Counted from the stretch's first letter, positions 9,170 to 16,731 are shown. The stretch: 32,000 nt of DNA from Pseudoalteromonas translucida KMM 520 (GCF_001465295.1 NZ_CP011034.1:3120001-3152000); one strand, 5' to 3'. Notes: a model not told the origin generated them from the letters alone. Translations and numbers: made by a program.

Positions 9170-9238
9170 CTACGAAGCCCTCGCGGGAATAATCACCACG
9201 ATAATAATCAGGACTAGGTTTAGTGCGTTTGCAAGCAT
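9170..9238 (-). CDS. ilvL: ilv operon leader peptide, 22 aa (MLANALNLVLIIIVVIIPARAS)
   Basis: Hand-translated, and too short for the ORF track. 12 of 22 residues are Leu/Val/Ile, including 10 consecutive ones (L8-I17). It sits immediately upstream of the attenuator hairpin and ilvG, the same logic as E. coli ilvL. Confidence 0.7.
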   Translation of the reverse strand: MLANALNLVLIIIVVIIPARAS

Positions 9239-9299
9239 GTAATTAATACCAAATGTTGTTAAATTATCGCAAAGGTTATTCCTTTGCTCTCTTTTTATA

Positions 9300-9328
9300 T
9301 TAATACCGCGCAGAGCCCCTTAAGTCAA
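9300..9328 (-). promoter_or_regulatory. candidate sigma70 promoter of the ilv operon
   Basis: The minus strand reads TTGACT (9328-9323), a 17-nt spacer, then TATTAA (9305-9300). It lies about 60 nt upstream of the ilvL ATG. Confidence 0.4.
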
Positions 9329-9532
9329 CATCAAATTCAATTCAAATAAAAGACAAATAAGCAATTTAAGTGGTTTTAATATTCACTTTAATTATCTGCT
9401 GTGGTTTTTTTATGTGAATAGTTAATCGCTATAAATTCCCTATTCTAATATGCCCTTTTTATGGTTTGATTAATTTTTAATAATACCCCGAGAATTAATT
9501 TATTTTACCCCCTCAGGAAATGCGCAGCTTCT

Positions 9533-9549
9533 CTTAAGTAATTCTTAAG
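9533..9549 (+). promoter_or_regulatory. direct repeat CTTAAG-N5-CTTAAG, a PmrA/BasR-box-like response-regulator site upstream of eptA
   Basis: Read directly: CTTAAG at 9533-9538 and at 9544-9549, separated by TAATT. It lies 45 nt upstream of the eptA ATG. A candidate -10 (TATTTT, 9574-9579) sits 24 nt after the repeat. Confidence 0.45.
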
Positions 9550-9593
9550 TGTTGTTGCATAACATGGCGTTGTTATTTTAAACGAGCCTAAAT

Positions 9594-11264
9594 ATGCACT
9601 CACTTAGCCCTACATCTACACAGCAAAAACCTAATCGTGGTAAACGGTTTTACATTCACTGTAGCGCCAATGCTTTTGTAATAATGATTGCCTGCTACTA
9701 TTGCTTGGTTATAAATATTCCATTCATTCATGGCTCTTTTAGCGCCATTACTTCTTTAGCTTCTTTTTCGTGGCTATTTTTGTTTTCAGTACCGCTATTA
9801 CTGCTCTGCCTGCTAATTATATTTTTTTCGATGGTGTCGGTTAGGTGGCTATTAAAACCCCTTAATTACTTTTTACTGGTTATTTCCAGTGCAGCACTTT
9901 ACGGCACCTTAAATTATGGCGTGGTGTTTGATTATTCCATGATCCAAAACACCTTCGAAACTGATTCAAGTGAAGCCTTAAGCTATTTAAATCCGCAGCT
10001 TATTGGCTTTTTACTGCTGTTTTGTGCCTTGCCTGTTTTTGTTTTAAGTAAAATAAAAATACACTTTACCCGTCCTCACCAAGAAGTACTTAGCCGCATA
10101 AAGCTAGTAGTAGCATGTTTGGCGCTTATTGCATTGGTGGTTACAAACTTTTATGCCGACTATGCTGCAACGGGCCGCAATAACCGCATTTTGAAAAAAG
10201 AAATTATTCCATTTCAGTATCTCTCTAGCGGCTATAAATATATGCGCGATCAGCTGCTGTATACCGATATGGAATTTAAGAATATAGATGCAGCACCTAG
10301 CCTAATTGCGCCTAATACCAGCAGCGTAACCGTGATAGTGGTTGGTGAAACTGCACGAGCAGAAAACTTTGCTTATCAAGGTTATAAACGTAACACCAAT
10401 CTTTACACCCAAAAACACGGCGTTACTTACTTTAATAATGTGGCGTCTTGCGGCACGGCTACAGCGGTATCTGTGCCCTGTATGTTCTCGTTGCAAACAC
10501 AAACAAATTTTGACCGACTCGAAGCCGACAGCCAGCAAAACCTAATTGATTTGGCCCAGCACGCAGGCAGTGATGTACTCTGGGTTGATAACAACAGCGG
10601 TTGTAAAGACGTATGTACGCGAGTAGTTACTATCGACATACCTACAGAAAAATCCACCTTGTGTGATGGTAAGTACTGCTTTGATGAAGCGCTATTGGCT
10701 CCACTTAAACACAAACTGGCTAATTTAACCCAAGCTAATACCGTGATTGTGCTACATATGATGGGCTCACACGGGCCAACCTATTTTAAACGCTACCCTA
10801 AACAATTTAAGCAATTTACCCCAACTTGCGACAGAAGCGACATTCAAAACTGCTCTGCCGAACAACTAGTGAATACCTACGACAACACCATTGCGTACAG
10901 CGACTTTGTTAACGCCCAAGTAATTGAGCAATTAAAAGCGCTACCAAACAATATAGATAAACAATTTTTATATGTGTCAGATCATGGTGAATCACTTGGT
11001 GAGGGTGGTGCTTATTTACATGGTTTCCCGTATAGCTTTGCGCCTAGCACACAAACCCACGTACCACTTTATATGTGGGCTGATGAGCATAATCAGCGCA
11101 TTACCAATACCTGCTTAGCTAATTTAGACACCAGTGCTGCACGCTCACACAACAATATTTTTCACACCCTTTTAAATTTAATTGGCATTAACAGCAAAAC
11201 GTATCAGGCATCGCTTGATCTACTTGCTAGCTGCCAAACAACACCAAGCGAAGTACAACTATGA
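9594..11264 (+). CDS. eptA: lipid A phosphoethanolamine transferase (EptA/PmrC/MCR family)
   Basis: 556 aa, with N-terminal TM helices and a periplasmic sulfatase-fold domain. VIVVGETARAENF contains the nucleophile Thr. ASCGTATAVSVPCMFS is identical to the E. coli EptA string as I remember it. HMMGSHGPTYFKRYP and SDHGESLGEGGAYLHG are also family motifs. Confidence 0.9.
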   Translation: MHSLSPTSTQQKPNRGKRFYIHCSANAFVIMIACYYCLVINIPFIHGSFSAITSLASFSWLFLFSVPLLLLCLLIIFFSMVSVRWLLKPLNYFLLVISSAALYGTLNYGVVFDYSMIQNTFETDSSEALSYLNPQLIGFLLLFCALPVFVLSKIKIHFTRPHQEVLSRIKLVVACLALIALVVTNFYADYAATGRNNRILKKEIIPFQYLSSGYKYMRDQLLYTDMEFKNIDAAPSLIAPNTSSVTVIVVGETARAENFAYQGYKRNTNLYTQKHGVTYFNNVASCGTATAVSVPCMFSLQTQTNFDRLEADSQQNLIDLAQHAGSDVLWVDNNSGCKDVCTRVVTIDIPTEKSTLCDGKYCFDEALLAPLKHKLANLTQANTVIVLHMMGSHGPTYFKRYPKQFKQFTPTCDRSDIQNCSAEQLVNTYDNTIAYSDFVNAQVIEQLKALPNNIDKQFLYVSDHGESLGEGGAYLHGFPYSFAPSTQTHVPLYMWADEHNQRITNTCLANLDTSAARSHNNIFHTLLNLIGINSKTYQASLDLLASCQTTPSEVQL

Positions 11265-11632
11265 GCAATAAAACCGTTATAAAACGCCAAGGCTTAATGC
11301 GCCTTATTTTTACCTTAAGCCATTCTTTTAACGGCTTAAAATGGATGAGTCGATTTGAAGCTGCGTTTCAACAAGAGCTGGCACTATTTTCGTTACTTGG
11401 TGTGTTTGTGTGGCTACAAGAAATTGCACTAAGCGACAAATTACTGCTTATAGCCAGCCTGCTTTTTGTATTGTTTGCTGAGCTAGTAAATACAGCAGTT
11501 GAGGTTGTAGTTGATAGGATTGGCAGCGAATACCATGAGCTTTCGGGGCTAGCTAAAGATATAGCCTCTGCCAGTGTATTTGTAGCCATGTTAATTGCCG
11601 CACTTATTTGGTGGGCTGTGTTATGGGCTTAA
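11261..11632 (+). CDS. dgkA: diacylglycerol kinase (paralogue 1, linked to eptA)
   Basis: 123 aa, with a three-TM layout. AAFQQE, ELVNTAVEVVVDRIGSEYHELSG and AKD resemble E. coli DgkA (AAFRQE, EILNSAIEAVVDRIGSEYHELSGRAKD). Its ATG overlaps the eptA TGA (ATGA at 11261-11264). Confidence 0.85.
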   Translation: MSNKTVIKRQGLMRLIFTLSHSFNGLKWMSRFEAAFQQELALFSLLGVFVWLQEIALSDKLLLIASLLFVLFAELVNTAVEVVVDRIGSEYHELSGLAKDIASASVFVAMLIAALIWWAVLWA

Positions 11633-13599
11633 AGCTAAATTTTATACCTAAAATAACGAGGTTAATATTTAAAGTAATACCTCAGGTAAAAAATACACTT
11701 GGACCGGTATGGATTTTTGTTGTATTTGCTGTTTTAGCCCTTAGCTTTTTAACACTTGCTCGCTTTAGTTTAAGTGTATGGCAAGGCGAACGTGTATTTG
11801 GATCGCATGCGTGGTTTTCTATATTTGTAGGTGGCTTAAGAGTTGATATAGCCACATTAAGCTACCTTATTATGCCCGCATTACTACTTACTTTACTTAT
11901 GCAAAGCGTAGGTTGGCAAAATAAAGTACGCAGCCTAATTAAAATCTACTTAGTGGTTATATCTGCTTTACTCGTTTTTTTTGAAGTGATTACCCCTACG
12001 TTTATAAACGAGTATGACTTGCGCCCAAACCGCTTATTTATAGAGTATTTAATTTATCCTAAAGAAGTTTCAAAAATGATTTTTTCGGGCTATAAATTAG
12101 AAGTGCTTATTGCTATTGCAGCACTTATTTTAAGCTGCAAATTTGCAGGTAAAGTATTTAGCCATCAATGGCAAAGTAGGTCGTCACTAACAAGGTTAAA
12201 TCAATCAATTTTAGCACTCGTTTTAGTGTGCTTAACTATTTTAGGTGCGCGTAATTCATTAGGGCACAGACCGCTTAACCCAGCCATGGTGTCATTTTCG
12301 ACCGATCACTTACTTAACGACTTAACCCTTAACTCACTTTATAGCGTAGCGTTTGCGGTTAAGCAGCTCTCTAACGAGCAATCAAGCCAAGACTATTACG
12401 GAAAAATGCCAGCAGATGAACTGCTCAGCATTGTACGCAGTAATATGCAAAATACGCAGGCCTCATTTAGCGATTCAACCGCACCTACAAAAACGTTTCA
12501 TACTGCAAGCAATACAGGTAAACCAAAAAATCTGGTGATTATTTTACAAGAAAGCTTAGGCGCACGTTACGTAGGCACACTTGGTGGTTTACCGCTTACA
12601 CCTAATATTGACGCACTTTATCAGCAAGGTTGGGGGTTTGATAATTTATATGCCACTGGCACGCGCTCGGTTCGTGGTATTGAAGCGGTAATTACAGGCT
12701 TTACGCCCACACCTTCGCGTGCGGTTGTTAAACTTGATAAATCACAACGTGACTTTTTTACTATCGCTGACTTTTTAGCGAAGCAAAATTATAACACCCA
12801 ATTTATTTATGGCGGCGAAAGCCACTTTGATAACATGCGAAGCTTCTTTTTAGGTAATGGCTTTAAAGATATTGTAGATACCAATAACTTTAATAAAATA
12901 GACTTTAATGGCTCGTGGGGCGCATCAGACGAAGACTTATACGACCAAGCTGATATTGAACTCACTAAACTTAAAAAACAAAATAAACCCTTTTTAAGTC
13001 TTATATTTTCCAGCTCCAACCATAGCCCGTATGAATTTCCTGACGATAAAATAACCCTGTACGACAAACAAAAACAAACCCGCAATAATGCGGCAAAATA
13101 CGCTGACTACGCGCTAGGTACATTTATCGAAAAAGCTAAAAAGTCGAGCTACTGGGACGATACAGTATTTATTGTAATAGCCGATCACGACTCGCGTGTA
13201 TCAGGTGCTAGCTTGGTGCCAATTGATCACTTTAGAATTCCGGCGGTTATTTTTGGTAAAGACATTGCCCATAAACGCGATAATCAACTAGCCAGCCAAC
13301 TCGATATTCCCGTTACTTTGCTATCTTTAATTGGCGTAAGTGGCAAACACCCTATGATAGGTCATGATTTATCAAAACCAATTAACAACAAACAACGTGC
13401 AATGATGCAATACGACAAAAACTTTGCCTACATGCACGATAATAAAGTGGTGGTGCTACAACCGCAAAAACCAGCAACCACCTATACGTATAGTAATAAT
13501 CAGCTTGTGCCATGTGAAAACGATGAGCAACTGATAAAAAAAGCCCTAGCCCATGCCAACCTAGGTAACTTAGCTTATACAAATGGTTGGTATCATTAA
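11623..13599 (+). CDS. LTA-synthase-family / COG1368 (MdoB/OpgB-LtaS-like) membrane phosphotransferase of the alkaline-phosphatase superfamily
   Basis: It has N-terminal TM helices and an extracytoplasmic sulfatase-fold domain. Motifs: LVIILQESLGARY (metal ligand region), ATGTRSVRGIEA (candidate nucleophile Thr), SSSNHSPYEFP and IADHDSRV. I chose the start at ATG 11623 (MGLKLNF...), inside the last codons of dgkA. The track's TTG at 11608 is the alternative. Confidence 0.8.
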   Translation: MGLKLNFIPKITRLIFKVIPQVKNTLGPVWIFVVFAVLALSFLTLARFSLSVWQGERVFGSHAWFSIFVGGLRVDIATLSYLIMPALLLTLLMQSVGWQNKVRSLIKIYLVVISALLVFFEVITPTFINEYDLRPNRLFIEYLIYPKEVSKMIFSGYKLEVLIAIAALILSCKFAGKVFSHQWQSRSSLTRLNQSILALVLVCLTILGARNSLGHRPLNPAMVSFSTDHLLNDLTLNSLYSVAFAVKQLSNEQSSQDYYGKMPADELLSIVRSNMQNTQASFSDSTAPTKTFHTASNTGKPKNLVIILQESLGARYVGTLGGLPLTPNIDALYQQGWGFDNLYATGTRSVRGIEAVITGFTPTPSRAVVKLDKSQRDFFTIADFLAKQNYNTQFIYGGESHFDNMRSFFLGNGFKDIVDTNNFNKIDFNGSWGASDEDLYDQADIELTKLKKQNKPFLSLIFSSSNHSPYEFPDDKITLYDKQKQTRNNAAKYADYALGTFIEKAKKSSYWDDTVFIVIADHDSRVSGASLVPIDHFRIPAVIFGKDIAHKRDNQLASQLDIPVTLLSLIGVSGKHPMIGHDLSKPINNKQRAMMQYDKNFAYMHDNKVVVLQPQKPATTYTYSNNQLVPCENDEQLIKKALAHANLGNLAYTNGWYH

Positions 13600-13619
13600 C
13601 AAAGTGACTTGATAATAAA

Positions 13620-13647
13620 GCCTTGTTAAAGTAACAAGGCTATTTTT
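13620..13647 (+). terminator. intrinsic terminator/attenuator between the transferase genes and the two-component system
   Basis: A 9-bp stem GCCTTGTTA / TAACAAGGC with an AAG loop is followed by TATTTTT. It starts 21 nt after the stop at 13599. Confidence 0.6.
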
Positions 13648-13662
13648 ACAAATCGAGCAAAG

Positions 13663-14337
13663 ATGAACATTCTCGTTATTGAAGACTCAGAAGCACTCAG
13701 GCGCAGCCTACAAGTTGGCCTTAGCAACCTTGGTTTTACCGTAGATGAAACCGGTGATGGCTCAGAAGGATTGAGCATGGCACTTAGTGGAAACTACGAC
13801 TTGATATTACTTGATTTAATGCTACCCAGTGTTGATGGTATGAGTATTTTGCAAGCACTGCGCAGCAGTAATAGCCAAAGCCGTGTGCTTATTTTATCTG
13901 CTCGAAGTGAGCCTCAAGATAAAATAAATGGCCTTATGAAAGGGGCTGATGACTACTTAACTAAGCCGTTTTCGTTTGAAGAACTTCACGCTCGCGTGCT
14001 TGCGCTACTTCGCCGTGGTTCACTGCAAAACCAACAAAATACGCTTACTGTAGGTGACTGCGTATTAGATCTTTCGCTTAAAACACTTCACTACCAGCAA
14101 CATGCTATTGAACTCACTCGCAATGAATACAAAATAATAGAATGCTTATTTAATGCCCCCGAGCGAGTATTAGGGCTGGAGCTTATAAGTGAAGCTGTGG
14201 TCGGTCAGTTCGATATGCTCTCTAAAAATGCGCTTGAAGCACATATATCAACCATACGTAAAAAAGTAAGACAGTTTGATGGCGAACTCCCTATAAAAAA
14301 TAAACGTGGATTTGGTTATGTCGCAACAACAAAGTAA
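13663..14337 (+). CDS. OmpR/PhoB-family response regulator (PmrA/BasR/CarR-like)
   Basis: 224 aa. The receiver domain has the phospho-acceptor context LILLDLMLP and the GADDYLTKPF..EELHARVLALLRR stretch, much like BasR. The C-terminal winged-helix domain ends in RGFGY. Confidence 0.9.
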   Translation: MNILVIEDSEALRRSLQVGLSNLGFTVDETGDGSEGLSMALSGNYDLILLDLMLPSVDGMSILQALRSSNSQSRVLILSARSEPQDKINGLMKGADDYLTKPFSFEELHARVLALLRRGSLQNQQNTLTVGDCVLDLSLKTLHYQQHAIELTRNEYKIIECLFNAPERVLGLELISEAVVGQFDMLSKNALEAHISTIRKKVRQFDGELPIKNKRGFGYVATTK

Positions 14338-15751
14338 AAGTCACTCAATAAAACGTAAACTCGTGAATAATATTAGCGCGGTGATCTCCGTTATATTATT
14401 CACCATATTTTTAACTGTTGATTTAAGTGTTGATACTTGGGTGGAAGATCAGTTCAATCAGTCCCTTACTAATAAAGCCAATTACTTAAAAACCTTAGTA
14501 GAAGATGACAACGGTACAGTTGAGTTTGAATTTTCGGGTAAATTCATGTCGGAATACGAACAAGCCGACGCCAGTGAATTTTATCAATTATGGCATGGCA
14601 GCGAGGTGTTTGAGCGTTCTCAATCGTTACAGCTGTATAAAAACACTCAACTGCCTTTTTTAGAACTACCGATAAACGAATCTAAAATAATTGATTACGA
14701 CCTACCTAACGAGCAAAGCGGCCGAGTACTTATAAGCCACTTTGTTGCTAAACAAGATATTAGAAATACCAACGCATCTGCCACTATTAACAGTATGACC
14801 CTAGCAATAGCAGCCCCAACGGCCGAGCTTAATAAAGTACTGATCATTATTGATGTAGTGTTTATTCTCACCTGTGTGATTGGTGTATTTGCCGTGCGCT
14901 ACTTGGTTACACGCATTGTAAATAAAGGGCTGTTTCCGCTACATAGCCTAAACGAGCAAATAAAACGCCTTGATATTACAGGTGTGGCACAAACTATAGA
15001 AAGCGACTTTAAAGTTGAAGAGTTAGAGCCTATACGCAATGAGCTCAATAAATTCATTACTACTAATCAGCAGCTTTACAGTAATGAAAAACGCCTTACC
15101 AGCGATATAGCCCACGAGCTTAAAACTCCCATTGCAGAGCTAATAAGCTTATCTGAGGTCGCACTTAAATACCCAGATGACAAGCGTATTAGCGATACCT
15201 ATACCAGTGACGTACTAAGTATTTCTGAACGTATGAAAACCATTGTAAACAACCTGCTCTTATTGCAGCGCTCAACTAGCAGCATAGAATTAAACGCGCA
15301 AACTATCGTTTTAAATAATTTGGTCAAGCAAACAATTAACGAGCTAACCTTTAAACACCCTAATATTGCCACCCGTATAAATAATACTATTGCAAATAAT
15401 GTAACCATTATTGCTGACGAGTTTAGCCTTAATACTATTTTATGTAATTTAATAGATAACGCGTTATTTTATGGTTTAACGCAGCACAACATCGAATTAA
15501 GTGCTGTAAGTAATCCAAAATCCATTATTATTTCATTAAGTAATAAAGTGGCTACAGCATTGAGCGAACAACAATTACAAGCTATTTTCGACCCGCTTTA
15601 TCAGCTAGATTCAGCTAGAACTAATAACCAGCGTCACGGTTTAGGATTATCTATTGTGCAAAGCTTATGTAACTTAAATGGCTTTACTATTACGGCTAGT
15701 AATACCGAAAACAATACGCTAACGTTTATATTAACGTTACCCACCGGGTAA
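14318..15751 (+). CDS. two-TM sensor histidine kinase (HAMP-HisKA-HATPase_c) with atypical ATP-binding domain
   Basis: I chose the start at ATG 14318 (MSQQQSKSH...), which overlaps the RR gene by 20 nt. It has two hydrophobic segments flanking a roughly 135-aa periplasmic region. H-box SDIAHELKTPIAEL, N-box LCNLIDNALFYG, F-box IFDPLY and G2 box HGLGLSIV are present, but no DxGxG G1 box is visible. Confidence 0.85.
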   Translation: MSQQQSKSHSIKRKLVNNISAVISVILFTIFLTVDLSVDTWVEDQFNQSLTNKANYLKTLVEDDNGTVEFEFSGKFMSEYEQADASEFYQLWHGSEVFERSQSLQLYKNTQLPFLELPINESKIIDYDLPNEQSGRVLISHFVAKQDIRNTNASATINSMTLAIAAPTAELNKVLIIIDVVFILTCVIGVFAVRYLVTRIVNKGLFPLHSLNEQIKRLDITGVAQTIESDFKVEELEPIRNELNKFITTNQQLYSNEKRLTSDIAHELKTPIAELISLSEVALKYPDDKRISDTYTSDVLSISERMKTIVNNLLLLQRSTSSIELNAQTIVLNNLVKQTINELTFKHPNIATRINNTIANNVTIIADEFSLNTILCNLIDNALFYGLTQHNIELSAVSNPKSIIISLSNKVATALSEQQLQAIFDPLYQLDSARTNNQRHGLGLSIVQSLCNLNGFTITASNTENNTLTFILTLPTG

Positions 15752-15801
15752 ATTTAGGTTAGTATTTGCACTACTTATTTTCGAGATTTTAAGGATAAAC
15801 C

Positions 15802-16680
15802 ATGAACGCTCTGCTCCGTATTAGCCACTTTTTTATTGTGGCGTTACTTATAACATTTAGCCTTAACAGCTATGCAGCTCCTGCGTTATACCAAATAGAA
15901 AAAAACGGAGTTAATTCCTATTTATTTGGCACTGTGCACGTAGGCGACGCCAGCATGCAAGGCCTGCCAAAAAATGTAACTGATGCAATTGATGCAAGCT
16001 CTCAAGTTATTGTAGAGGTAGATATAAGCAAACTAACGCCACTGCAAATGCAACAGCGCTCTATGCCATTTATGATGCTAGGCAACGGTAAAACATTACA
16101 AACTGAGCTCTCTGCAGAAAATTACAATAAACTTAAGGATTATTTTGCCAAAAAGTCGATTGATGTAGCTATGTTTAATGGCTTAAAGCCATGGGCAGTA
16201 ATGGTAACTATGATGCAAATTGAGTTTCAAAATGCCGGTTATTCAGATAAAACAGGCATTGATAAGCAAGTACTCGCTTACGCCAAAAGTGAAGATATTA
16301 AAGTAGGGGAGCTGGAGACTCTTGAACAACAACTACAAATGTTTGATGGTATGGAATTATTAAGTAATGAAATGATTGCAGAAACCTTTGAGCAGCTTGC
16401 CGACATTAACACCTACTTTATTAAGCTAGTTGATGCTTGGAAAAATGGCGATATGCAAACTCTAACCAATTATTACAATACTAGTTTTGATGATAGTAAT
16501 TACGGTGAAATTAGTGAGCAAGTAATGCTCATTAACCGCAACAATAACTGGATTAAACAACTAACACCGCGCTTAGTAAACGAGCAACTATTTATTGCTG
16601 TAGGCGCACTGCACTTACCTGAACAACACGGCTTACTTAAACAATTAAAAGATAAAGGCTTTAACGTTACTCGCCTGTAA
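15802..16680 (+). CDS. secreted TraB/GumN (Tiki-like) family protein
   Basis: 292 aa with a signal peptide (FFIVALLITFSLNSYA-AP). It has the N-terminal YLFGTVHVGD (GTxH) and C-terminal AVGALHL (GxxH) motifs that define the TraB/GumN/Tiki family. It starts 50 bp after the kinase, with an AAGGA SD. Confidence 0.75.
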   Translation: MNALLRISHFFIVALLITFSLNSYAAPALYQIEKNGVNSYLFGTVHVGDASMQGLPKNVTDAIDASSQVIVEVDISKLTPLQMQQRSMPFMMLGNGKTLQTELSAENYNKLKDYFAKKSIDVAMFNGLKPWAVMVTMMQIEFQNAGYSDKTGIDKQVLAYAKSEDIKVGELETLEQQLQMFDGMELLSNEMIAETFEQLADINTYFIKLVDAWKNGDMQTLTNYYNTSFDDSNYGEISEQVMLINRNNNWIKQLTPRLVNEQLFIAVGALHLPEQHGLLKQLKDKGFNVTRL

Positions 16681-16700
16681 CCTTAGCTAATACTAACAAC

Positions 16701-16731
16701 AATGTGAGCCTGCCAAATAGTGGCTCACATT
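16701..16731. terminator. bidirectional hairpin between the convergent gumN-like and modF-like genes
   Basis: A 10-bp perfect stem AATGTGAGCC / GGCTCACATT (16701-16710 with 16722-16731) lies between the stops at 16680 (+) and 16736 (-). The T-runs are weak. Confidence 0.45.

Noticed and set aside
9564-9581. Mini-ORF ATG GCG TTG TTA TTT TAA (MALLF) just upstream of eptA
   Set aside because: It has five codons and no SD. It overlaps the candidate -10, so it would probably not be transcribed. There is no basis to call it a leader peptide.
10302-13582. Short ORFs overlapping eptA, dgkA and the COG1368 gene on either strand (10302..10538, 10342..10545, 10427..10714, 11368..11589, 12353..12538, 12807..13085, 13382..13582)
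   Set aside because: All are nested in or antisense to well-supported coding frames, and none has a recognisable motif or RBS.
14400-14850. PmrB-style ExxE iron-sensing motif in the kinase periplasmic domain
   Set aside because: The acidic stretch VEFEFSGKFMSEYEQADASEF contains ExE spacings but no exact ExxE, so no ligand claim is justified.
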